In this document: one piece after another, positions 1 to 8,750 of the stretch
Layout of the letters: the number at the start of each line of letters is the position of its first letter
Position numbering within the stretch: the first letter of the stretch is position 1
IMG/VR virus record: IMGVR_UViG_3300028832_000095
Location: 1 to 64,000 of that record
Source of the DNA: a virus
Taxonomy: Duplodnaviria; Caudoviricetes
DNA length: 64,000 nucleotides
Direction: 5' to 3' (one strand)
Position numbers and translations under genes: made by a program
Notes under the pieces: generated by a model
What the model was told of the DNA's origin: nothing
What the model saw: only the letters and a program-made list of their open reading frames with translations
Database searches by the model: none

Positions 1-9
1 TCATATGAA

Positions 10-576
10 ATGTGTATAAGCATTCATGACGGGGATGATTCAGTATATCTTTCTAAATATGTTGATATCTTTGATTGGGATAAGGAAAAAGAAGTTTCCA
101 GTATTCCAAATACATCCGGAGTAACTGAATTCAGAACTCCACAAGATGTTAAAAAGTTTACACAGTGGTTCAAAAGACTTGGTACTTCATTCTCAACAAA
201 AGAATCTGTAAAAGTTAGAAAGAGAAAACAAACAATAGATGAAGGGGTAGCTGCATCACTTCTAACCATTAAGAATCAACTAATGAATAAGCTCGGAAGT
301 GCTTTCAAATCAATTGGTGGTTCTATGAATCCAAAGGTAACTGTTTATCGTGAAGATGATCCAGATACTTCCTTCGATATCACAACAGACGGAAAGAACG
401 TAGACATCGTTCCTAAATATGACGGAATTCCGGATACCGTACATAAAAAGCGTGGAATTGCTTTTATGAGAGCCGTAAATGTTCTTTATGACTTTATTAT
501 GGATACTCTTAGAGGAAATGGAAAACTTGCTACAGAGAATGTTCGTGTTCACAAACGTAAAAAGAGAAGAAAGTAA
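10..576 (+). CDS. hypothetical protein (possibly 5'-truncated), candidate head-packaged protein
   Basis: 188-aa ORF at the window edge; basic C-terminus; xxE-S/G/N motifs (STKES, TIDEG, LATEN); followed by a terminator. Confidence 0.6.
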   Translation: MCISIHDGDDSVYLSKYVDIFDWDKEKEVSSIPNTSGVTEFRTPQDVKKFTQWFKRLGTSFSTKESVKVRKRKQTIDEGVAASLLTIKNQLMNKLGSAFKSIGGSMNPKVTVYREDDPDTSFDITTDGKNVDIVPKYDGIPDTVHKKRGIAFMRAVNVLYDFIMDTLRGNGKLATENVRVHKRKKRRK

Positions 577-592
577 ACTATATACTTTTATA

Positions 593-629
593 AATGGAGT
601 AGGTTTTACCGAACCTACTCCATTTTTTG
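593..629 (+). terminator. intrinsic terminator
   Basis: AATGGAGTAGGTT / AACCTACTCCATT 13-bp stem followed by a T-run. Confidence 0.85.
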
Positions 630-675
630 AATGTGAAAGTTTATTTGTTAAAAATAAAAAATTTTTGAAAAACGC

Positions 676-713
676 TTGACAAATTCTCTATAATGTGTTA
701 TACTATATTTACA
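676..713 (+). promoter_or_regulatory. sigma-A/70-type early promoter
   Basis: TTGACA-17nt-TATACT with extended -10 TG, then ATATTTACA; same design at 43184, 44194, 48235, 53971. Confidence 0.85.
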
Positions 714-743
714 GGATAGATAATGTATGTATGGAGGTAGTAT

Positions 744-968
744 ATGAATAAATTACAGTTCAAAACAGAAATCACATACTTACAGATCGAAAGTGGAAAA
801 GTTGAAAAAGGGTCAAGACACTTTGCTACTGTTAAGACAGCACAAAAGAGTATTGATAGAGCTATTGAAATTGAGAATAAGGGTATCAATAAGCAATACG
901 GCAGAAAGATACTTGGATGGAAGATTATTGATACTTCCACCAATGTTGTTATCAAGGAAGGAGAATAA
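744..968 (+). CDS. small early hypothetical protein
   Basis: GGAGG RBS; directly downstream of the early promoter. Confidence 0.7.
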   Translation: MNKLQFKTEITYLQIESGKVEKGSRHFATVKTAQKSIDRAIEIENKGINKQYGRKILGWKIIDTSTNVVIKEGE

Positions 969-970
969 AA

Positions 971-1807
971 ATGGATATTCAGAAAATTCAGGATCAACTT
1001 GATAAAATTAACGCTGATATTGAAAAGCGTGAAGAAAGAATTAAGACACTGGAAGCAAGAGAACAGAAGAAAAAAGAAGCACTTGAAAAAGTTACTGGAA
1101 TGGAAGTATCTGACTACGATAAATATTCCAATTATAGTAGATATAACAAAAAGCCGAATTCTATGGGTCATAGGTTCTATGATGAACTTGGTGACATTGA
1201 TTTTGGTATTTCTAGTGAAGTAGCACATGAACATTGGAAAGAATACTATGATTTGATTTGTGTTATTCGTGATCAGCTTTCCTGTTGGAACAAGATATTT
1301 GAACTTGAAGATAAGAAAACAAAGTGGGAAACACAACTTCAAATGGAAATTGCAAAACAGAAGTCTGTTGATGATCTTCCTCCTATTATGAAAGAACTTA
1401 AAGATGGTATTTATGAGATGCTTCTTAATAGGTATACAAAGTATCGTGATATTGCAAGTGAAGTTGCTAGAAGACTGTCTGGTTTATTTGGTTCTGCAAA
1501 GCAAAAGGAAATGAGGAGCCTTGCATATGAGTACGGTGCCGTTGCCGTAGATTATGAATATTGGCTTGATATTTCCGATGAGACACTTGAAAAAAGAGCC
1601 AAGAAAGATTCTGATTTCTATGTTCTTGATCTTGTTCGCAGAGTTACAAAAAAGGTCGGAGCTATTCAGGATTATAGAAATCTTACAGTGAACGGTCCGG
1701 CAATCAATGGTGTTATAATTGGAGAAAAAGGATCTACAAGACTTGAAACAATCATTGCCGGAGGATATAATATTCAAAGGGAGCATTATAGAGTAATCCT
1801 TCACTAA
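971..1807 (+). CDS. conserved phage hypothetical protein (coiled-coil N-terminus, AGGYNIQxxHYR C-terminus)
   Basis: 278-aa ORF with GGAG RBS; C-terminal motif recalled from phage hypotheticals. Confidence 0.75.
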   Translation: MDIQKIQDQLDKINADIEKREERIKTLEAREQKKKEALEKVTGMEVSDYDKYSNYSRYNKKPNSMGHRFYDELGDIDFGISSEVAHEHWKEYYDLICVIRDQLSCWNKIFELEDKKTKWETQLQMEIAKQKSVDDLPPIMKELKDGIYEMLLNRYTKYRDIASEVARRLSGLFGSAKQKEMRSLAYEYGAVAVDYEYWLDISDETLEKRAKKDSDFYVLDLVRRVTKKVGAIQDYRNLTVNGPAINGVIIGEKGSTRLETIIAGGYNIQREHYRVILH

Positions 1808-1903
1808 TTCTTGAATATATGGGAGTTGGTTCTTGCGTTGAGAAGCCTATGCTCCGGCAAAAAGAACCAACCCCATTTTATTAGAGAGAGGGGTGCCGTA
1901 AAC

Positions 1904-2725
1904 ATGAAGTTAGAGTTTGAAGGAATCAGAAAAGATGGAACTGGTCGTTATGTATTCGATGATGAATTCGATTTTGATTCAGATATAATTTATCTTTGTT
2001 CAGATACAAGCGGGATGAAAACAGTCGGTGATTTAACATATTATTATGGGTTTGAATTTAATCCAAACTCAGATAATAAACAGCAAGCCGAGTTTAGAAA
2101 TGCCTTGAAGCATAAAATGGATGATGACCATGTGTTCTACGGCGAAGAAGCAAGAAGATTTATTACTGATGGATTATATAGATTAGATGAAATGAAACGT
2201 CTTACTGATTTTGGTGTTGTTATTTCTACGGCATTTGAATATGGTGAAAGAACCTTACCTGGTTTGATGTGTGAAATTATATTCGATGAAGCACCAGATG
2301 ATGCACAGGTATATGATATCCAACTCATTAAAAGAATGTGTTCCGATGTAACCTTTGATGAAAATAGAGCAAGGGAAGCCCTGAGTAAAACAGAAAGATA
2401 TGGAAATAATCCAAATAGAATAGAATCGGCTATAAGGTCACTAAAAGCACAGTTTGAGGAAGCTAAAAAGAACAATGAGTTATTTAAGATGAAAAGATAT
2501 AAACCTGTTGCCGGAAGATATGGTTTTATTGATTTTCTTAGATTTGGAAATCCTTATGATCAGGAAACATACGAAAGACTAAAAGATGGAACAGAAGTTC
2601 TTATATGTGATGATTTTATTACTTCCGGTTCAACCGTTAAAGAAGTTATTCGATTTCTAAATACAATAAATCCAAATACAAAAATATCTGTATTTGTTCT
2701 TGTAAATCAAATGCGTGATTATTAA
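1904..2725 (+). CDS. phosphoribosyltransferase-domain protein
   Basis: C-terminal PRPP-binding loop VLICDDFITSGST; start placed at ATG 1904 after GAGGGG. Confidence 0.7.
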   Translation: MKLEFEGIRKDGTGRYVFDDEFDFDSDIIYLCSDTSGMKTVGDLTYYYGFEFNPNSDNKQQAEFRNALKHKMDDDHVFYGEEARRFITDGLYRLDEMKRLTDFGVVISTAFEYGERTLPGLMCEIIFDEAPDDAQVYDIQLIKRMCSDVTFDENRAREALSKTERYGNNPNRIESAIRSLKAQFEEAKKNNELFKMKRYKPVAGRYGFIDFLRFGNPYDQETYERLKDGTEVLICDDFITSGSTVKEVIRFLNTINPNTKISVFVLVNQMRDY

Positions 2726-2843
2726 AAATAGAAAACATAAATAAAATATCTATTTATATAAATAAAAAACAACAATTCAAAACAATAAAGGTGTGTGTTG
2801 AGAAACACACGATATATAAGAGTGGTATTTAAGGAGTTAAAGA

Positions 2844-3242
2844 ATGAGACTTATATTTGAAAAAGAATTTGTATGTAAAGATTGTGGGTTTGAATTTGAT
2901 ATTCCAGAGAATGACGATCTTTGCCCTGATTGTTTTAGTTCAAATATTGGACATACAAAGAATACCAGAATAGAACCATTACAACATATTGAATTCTTTC
3001 CAAATGGTAAGAGATCAAAAACATATACGATGCGACGAACCCAAGAAGTTCCAGATGCATTATACTTTATTCTTGTATCAAGATATGGTTATGTAGATGG
3101 GAAGAATTATACACCAGAACTTCAACAAGCTACCTTATATACTACAAAAATAGTCGCAAAAAAGAAAATAGAAAATTCACCTCTTAGAGGTTTGTCCGTA
3201 AAAGAGGTTGAAGTAAGAAACAATGTAATTAAATTAAAATAA
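2844..3242 (+). CDS. hypothetical protein with N-terminal CxxC...CxxC zinc ribbon
   Basis: CKDC/CPDC; AAGGAG RBS. Confidence 0.7.
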   Translation: MRLIFEKEFVCKDCGFEFDIPENDDLCPDCFSSNIGHTKNTRIEPLQHIEFFPNGKRSKTYTMRRTQEVPDALYFILVSRYGYVDGKNYTPELQQATLYTTKIVAKKKIENSPLRGLSVKEVEVRNNVIKLK

Positions 3243-3255
3243 GGAGTTGTTTATT

Positions 3256-3483
3256 ATGGCAGTTAAGAAACTTAGATTAAGAGAAGATTATGATTACGAT
3301 GAGGATTTCTATTCCGACCTTAAACCTGTGACCCCACAGATTCTAGATGATCTGAAATCAGATCTGTATAAGGCAGTTGCGGATGCTATGTTCGAATATA
3401 GAGATTTTGATATTTCCCGAGAAGTGTTAGATGATATCATTCGTAAGAATATGGACAGATTTTATGATCAGAACTGGATGTAA
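3256..3483 (+). CDS. small acidic hypothetical protein
   Basis: AAGGAG RBS; N-terminus KKLRLRED. Confidence 0.65.
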   Translation: MAVKKLRLREDYDYDEDFYSDLKPVTPQILDDLKSDLYKAVADAMFEYRDFDISREVLDDIIRKNMDRFYDQNWM

Positions 3484-3507
3484 TTAAAGGGAGAGGGGGG
3501 TATTATT

Positions 3508-3882
3508 ATGTTAAACAAAAAGAATACGAGAGTGACTATTTTTGAAACAGGAATGGATAAAGGAATTTATATTCATGATTCTGGAACATTATATGTTTAT
3601 GATACTGATACTCGAACTATGGATTTTATTATTGTAGATGTAGACTTAGAACAAGCTACTGATATTATGAAATTCTGTGATACAGAGGGTGACGAGTCCC
3701 TGGAAAGAAAATATAATTTTGATGACTGGGATTATATTTTCAGTCGCGTAGGTGACAGAGAATCTTTTGCTGAATACATACTTGTAGAATTAGGTGTTAT
3801 AGACAGCATGGATCAGGTACGATGCGATGTTGACGATGACAAAGCATTAGGTGACCTTATGGAAGATGGTTTTTATATCTGA
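3508..3882 (+). CDS. acidic hypothetical protein
   Basis: 124-aa ORF with G-rich RBS. Confidence 0.7.
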   Translation: MLNKKNTRVTIFETGMDKGIYIHDSGTLYVYDTDTRTMDFIIVDVDLEQATDIMKFCDTEGDESLERKYNFDDWDYIFSRVGDRESFAEYILVELGVIDSMDQVRCDVDDDKALGDLMEDGFYI

Positions 3883-3900
3883 TAGAAAGGAAGAATGTAA

Positions 3901-4713
3901 ATGAAACTTACATTAGAAGATCGTAGGTCTGATCTTATTGCTGCTAGGGATGCTTGGGATGCCGAGTATAATAGAGTAAAAGATCAGTTTGATTCCGAGG
4001 TAGATGCTTGGAATGATGCCAAAGACGAAATAAGTTTATTTGTGGAAGATCAAGTAAAAGCGGCATTAGGTAGGGCAGGAAAAGATTTACAAGTAAGCGC
4101 TGAGTTCGCTTATGGTGAATTAGCCCGTGTAGAAGTTGGCAACGGAACTTTTGTTAATCACGACTTCCCACTTACCTGGAATTTTAAGGTAACACTTGAC
4201 AAAGACGGTGAAGTTAAAAAAGAAACAGGTTCTTGGTCCGGACTGGATGCTACATCTTTAGAAGATGTTAGAAAATTAAGAGACATTGTCGATGTACTAG
4301 AAATCTTAAATAGCATGGATTGGTATACTGTTCTCTCTAATATGAAAGCACAGTACCCTGATTGGAAAGAGTATGTAAAGACAAAAACAATTGATAGAGG
4401 TACAAGACCTAATTTCGAAGCAGATCTTCAAGCATTAGACATTGATGACGCCATTGGAAAAGAAGTTCTAATCAAAGGAAAACCTTTACGGTATGATACA
4501 AGATTCAATCGTGAAAGCTACTATATCATTCGTAAAAGAACACCAAAACAGATTTCTGTTACAGAATGTTCTGTTGCATCTGTAGATAGATATAAGAAAA
4601 ATAATCCGGAAGACAGTCTGTTTGATATCGTACAGCGTTATGGTATGGATTATAATATAACAGCAGATAAGTTCTATAACATTCTGCCAAATGATATTGA
4701 GTTTATTAGATAA
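3901..4713 (+). CDS. hypothetical protein
   Basis: 270-aa ORF, AAGGA RBS, N-terminus MKLTLED. Confidence 0.75.
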   Translation: MKLTLEDRRSDLIAARDAWDAEYNRVKDQFDSEVDAWNDAKDEISLFVEDQVKAALGRAGKDLQVSAEFAYGELARVEVGNGTFVNHDFPLTWNFKVTLDKDGEVKKETGSWSGLDATSLEDVRKLRDIVDVLEILNSMDWYTVLSNMKAQYPDWKEYVKTKTIDRGTRPNFEADLQALDIDDAIGKEVLIKGKPLRYDTRFNRESYYIIRKRTPKQISVTECSVASVDRYKKNNPEDSLFDIVQRYGMDYNITADKFYNILPNDIEFIR

Positions 4714-4716
4714 GGG

Positions 4717-5445
4717 GTGCCAAATATGAGAAAAAGATATGCAAGATTAAAAGAAGCAAAAGGTTCTGTTTATGATATGATCAATGCCCTCGAGAATAGA
4801 ATTGAGGAACTTGAAAACGGTTATTATGGTGAAAGTGTAAATCTTAGGGAAGACTATTCGGATGATGATGTCAGAGAGCTAGTTCTTTATATCACAAATA
4901 AAGCAGAGCTTTATAACCAAATCAAGTCTACTATTAGAAATATGAAGAGAAAGATTGCCCGTAATCAGTATGACCCGGAGCGCGCAATTGATGCCTTTGT
5001 ATATGTTGCTAAAGATGGAGCAAAGATGTATGATAAGGAATTTGGTTCCTATAATGGATCTAGTACATGGTTAAATAAAGATACTATTCGTGAAGTTGCA
5101 AAACAGCTTAGAGATTATTACGAAGAAGATATTATGGAAAATGAAGTGACATTCGAATCTTTTAGAAAAAGCAGAAGATCCCGTACACCTAGAAGAAGAA
5201 TGACTGAATCTAGTAGACGCAGATATACTCAGAGAGAACTTAGAAATCTTGTTAGAACTGGTGAAGCAGAGGATATCACAAACTATTCTTTTGAAGATGC
5301 TAATGATCTCTATGAGCGTGGATATGATGTTGTAGGTGTTTCATCTGGTACATATGGTATGAATGGTGCTTTACTTAAAATGAGAGATACCGGAGATCTA
5401 ATGGCTATTTGTGCTAGAAACTCTACTCTTATGCAACTTGTTTAA
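4717..5445 (+). CDS. multi-module hypothetical protein
   Basis: 242 aa; two compact domains separated by basic linkers ending in LRED/TFES/MTES. Confidence 0.75.
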   Translation: MPNMRKRYARLKEAKGSVYDMINALENRIEELENGYYGESVNLREDYSDDDVRELVLYITNKAELYNQIKSTIRNMKRKIARNQYDPERAIDAFVYVAKDGAKMYDKEFGSYNGSSTWLNKDTIREVAKQLRDYYEEDIMENEVTFESFRKSRRSRTPRRRMTESSRRRYTQRELRNLVRTGEAEDITNYSFEDANDLYERGYDVVGVSSGTYGMNGALLKMRDTGDLMAICARNSTLMQLV

Positions 5446-5460
5446 GGAGTGTGAATAGAA

Positions 5461-6102
5461 ATGGTTAAGAAGTTAAAAGAATCTCCAAGAAGAACTTATG
5501 TTGCTCAGTCACTTAGAAACTCAGGACTTACAGAAGTAACAGATAAAGCCAGTATAATTTCAAAATTGAGAAGGATAGTTACAGATATTGAACGAAGAGG
5601 AGAACTAGCTTTAGATAAGTACGGTTTGATTGATATGGATAAATTTTTATCAAGATCTCAGTTTTCAAGAATGAGAATATTAAATGATACTGTAACTGAT
5701 TTAAAAAATATTGAAACAGAGATTCGCAGAGATGGAAAGGCAAAAATAAGATCAAGGCTGTACGCTGATTTCTTACGTGATCTCGGATTCGATGTAACAG
5801 ATGATGGTAATTATGCTTATATTGTAGAAAATATTAAAGCAAATTCATCTAAAAGAAATAAATTTAGTAGAGATAAAAAACGCAATATTAAAGAATCATC
5901 CGGAAGATTTCAATATGAAAGTGTTTCTGATGTTGCAATAGATATAAAGAATTGTATTAAAGAAGCATATGATCTTCTTGATTCCGGAACAGAAGGTCTT
6001 ACAGAAGAAGATAATAAGTACATCCACAGATCAATAGACTTACTTATTTTTGCATATAATGCTTGTTTAGATTTATGTGCTGAACTTGAAAACTATTCGT
6101 AA
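5461..6102 (+). CDS. hypothetical protein
   Basis: 213 aa, AAGGAG RBS, KKLKES and NIKES motifs. Confidence 0.75.
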   Translation: MVKKLKESPRRTYVAQSLRNSGLTEVTDKASIISKLRRIVTDIERRGELALDKYGLIDMDKFLSRSQFSRMRILNDTVTDLKNIETEIRRDGKAKIRSRLYADFLRDLGFDVTDDGNYAYIVENIKANSSKRNKFSRDKKRNIKESSGRFQYESVSDVAIDIKNCIKEAYDLLDSGTEGLTEEDNKYIHRSIDLLIFAYNACLDLCAELENYS

Positions 6103-6161
6103 TTTGGAGTGGTGCTGTGATTATTAATTATCTCATCTACCATGTGTAGAAGGAGTTCCCG

Positions 6162-6199
6162 AAAACGTCAGACTGAAAAATGTCTGGCGTTTTTTGTTT
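6162..6199 (+). terminator. intrinsic terminator
   Basis: AAAACGTCAGAC / GTCTGGCGTTTT stem plus T-tract. Confidence 0.8.
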
Positions 6200-6317
6200 T
6201 AAGTATATAAATAAAATAGTAAAGTAAAACTTTTACATCCATTTAAGTTATAAATTTTATAAGTCCTCTAACTATATCTGTATACGGAAATATGCAGATA
6301 TAAGTTGGAGGGCTTTT

Positions 6318-8750
6318 TTGCGTATGTTTACACTTGATGATATTATACATATCAGTAATGAAGAATTTTCAGCACTGTCTAAAGAGAATAAAGAGCTTAT
6401 TTTAACTATTCTACGGGAGTATCAGGAAACAGGAAATTCAAAAACTCTTTTAGATATATGGAATGAAGATTATGAAGAAATACCTGTTCCAATAGATGAG
6501 TTTATTTGTAATCCAAATTATCTAGGTAAAGCTACTGGAAATGGAGAACAGATATACCCATATTGGAGAAAAACATATAGAAAAATATTCGATCCAGCCC
6601 TTGCATATGAAGAAATAATCTTCACAGGGGCTATCGGTGTTGGAAAGACAAAAACCGCTGATGTTTGTTTAGCATATAAACTGTATGAACTAATGTGTCT
6701 TAAAAATCCTCAAAAGTATTTCAAGATGTTAGAAGGAGAAGAAATAGCAATATTCTTCTTAAACATTACATTACCTCTTGCAGAAGGTGTTGGATATAAA
6801 ACTCTACACAAAATGCTTTTAGATAGCCCTTGGTTCATGGAAAGAGGATTTGAAAGTGGTAGGGTTAAGCGTTTATATAATCCTCCAAAAAAGATAACTA
6901 TTAAATTTGGTTCTAAATCAGATCATGCTTTAGGTCAGCAATGCTACTGCGCACTTCTTGATGAGGTTGACTTCACAAGGGGCGGAATCAAAGGAGCTAG
7001 TGCATTAGACATAAAGAATGGAATCATGCAAACATATACCGCTATCAAAGAACGTATGAATTCACGTTTTATTAAAAACGGTAGACAGTATGCTAGATTA
7101 TTCCTTGTTTCTTCAAAAAAATCAGATCAAGACTTCATCGAAGCATATATAAAGAAAATGAAATCTGAAAGCCAAGATAAACATATGCTTATTATTGATG
7201 AACCACAATGGGTTATCAAACCGGATAGCACATTCACAGGGAAGAAATTTCCGGTTGCGGTTGGAAACAAATCATTGAAATCTATGATTCTTAGTGAAGA
7301 TATGACAGCAGAACAAGAAGAAGCATATAAAAAACAGGGTTATAGAATTTTAATGGTTCCGGTTGAATTAAAGCAAAGTTTTGTGCTTGATGTAAATACC
7401 GCCCTTATGAACCTAGCCGGAATATCTGTTATTGGAGCAGTTACATTCTTCAATTACGATATGTTCTCTAAATGCTATATAAAAGACTACGAGAATCCAT
7501 TTGTAAATGATGTTATTACAATAGGTATGAATGATGACTTGCAAATAGAGAACTTCTTTCAAATAGATAAAATACCTATGGCAGTTAGAATGATGCCACA
7601 GTTTATCCATATAGATGCTTCCTTAACAGGAGATAAAACAGGTATTTCTGATGTAGGAGCTTCGGGAGTAAAAGAACTTCAAACATATAATGGGGCAGAT
7701 GAATCTGTTGTTACAGAAATGACATATAAACATATCTTCACAGTTGCAATTCAAGCTCCGAAGGGTTCTGAGATATCCTTTGAAAAGACAAGACGATTCA
7801 TATATTATCTGAAAGCAAATGGATTCAATATCGTTGGTGTTTCACTTGACGGATATCAATCTGCTGATACAAAACAGTTACTCATTCAGCAAGGGTACGA
7901 TGCTAGTATACTATCTATGGATAGATCACCAGAAGGATATTTAACTTTACGTTCTGCTATGAATGACGGTAGAATAGGTCTAATTCAAATAGATTTATTG
8001 GAAAAAGAATTGATTGAATTACAAAGAGATGTTTCATCCGGAAAGTTAGACCACCCTACCGATGGATGTTTCACAGCAGATACAGAGATTCATCTTGCCG
8101 ATGGAAGATCAGTTCCAATAATACAACTACTGGAAGAACAAGAAAAATATGGTATCGTAAACTATGTATATACTGTAAACGAAAAAGAAAACATAATTGA
8201 AAAAAAGCCAATCAAAAAAGTTTTCAAAACAAAATTCGTTACAGAACTAATGGAAATAACATTAAATAATGATAAGATAATACATTGCACATTAGAACAT
8301 CCATTTATGTTATTAGACGGTTCTTATATTCAGGCACAGGAACTTAGAGAATGTTATCTACTAAGACCGTTATTCTTTGAACTGCTTGCAGTAAAATCAA
8401 TAAAGAAAATTCAGAGATCCTGTTATGTGTACGACATGGAAATATATGATAATCATAATTTTGCATTATCTGCGGGTGTGTTTGTTCATAATTCTAAGGA
8501 CTGTTCTGACTCTTTGGCAGGAGCTTTATGGAATGCTACATTACACAAACAGTCGTTGCTTGATAGTTTACAACTATTATCAACAATGGCAGATGTAAAC
8601 TCCGATATAGACCCAAGAGCGGATTTCCTACAAGATTTAGAAGATTCTATATCATATAATAGGAGCGCAAAACAAAGGTCACAACAAGCATCAAATAAAT
8701 TAGATGACTTGTTAAATAGTTATGGTTCAAGTGATATTTTAGTTTGGTAA
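6318..8750 (+). CDS. terL: terminase large subunit with mini-intein
   Basis: Walker A GAIGVGKT, Walker B LLDEVD, nuclease motif HIDAS and DHP..G|SKDCSD once the intein is removed; directly upstream of portal. Confidence 0.9.
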   Translation: MRMFTLDDIIHISNEEFSALSKENKELILTILREYQETGNSKTLLDIWNEDYEEIPVPIDEFICNPNYLGKATGNGEQIYPYWRKTYRKIFDPALAYEEIIFTGAIGVGKTKTADVCLAYKLYELMCLKNPQKYFKMLEGEEIAIFFLNITLPLAEGVGYKTLHKMLLDSPWFMERGFESGRVKRLYNPPKKITIKFGSKSDHALGQQCYCALLDEVDFTRGGIKGASALDIKNGIMQTYTAIKERMNSRFIKNGRQYARLFLVSSKKSDQDFIEAYIKKMKSESQDKHMLIIDEPQWVIKPDSTFTGKKFPVAVGNKSLKSMILSEDMTAEQEEAYKKQGYRILMVPVELKQSFVLDVNTALMNLAGISVIGAVTFFNYDMFSKCYIKDYENPFVNDVITIGMNDDLQIENFFQIDKIPMAVRMMPQFIHIDASLTGDKTGISDVGASGVKELQTYNGADESVVTEMTYKHIFTVAIQAPKGSEISFEKTRRFIYYLKANGFNIVGVSLDGYQSADTKQLLIQQGYDASILSMDRSPEGYLTLRSAMNDGRIGLIQIDLLEKELIELQRDVSSGKLDHPTDGCFTADTEIHLADGRSVPIIQLLEEQEKYGIVNYVYTVNEKENIIEKKPIKKVFKTKFVTELMEITLNNDKIIHCTLEHPFMLLDGSYIQAQELRECYLLRPLFFELLAVKSIKKIQRSCYVYDMEIYDNHNFALSAGVFVHNSKDCSDSLAGALWNATLHKQSLLDSLQLLSTMADVNSDIDPRADFLQDLEDSISYNRSAKQRSQQASNKLDDLLNSYGSSDILVW
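8067..8492 (+). mobile_element. cis mini-intein (142 aa, no endonuclease) in terminase nuclease domain
   Basis: G|CFTADT start, block B CTLEHPF, end VYD...NHNFAL..GVFVHN|S. Confidence 0.92.
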
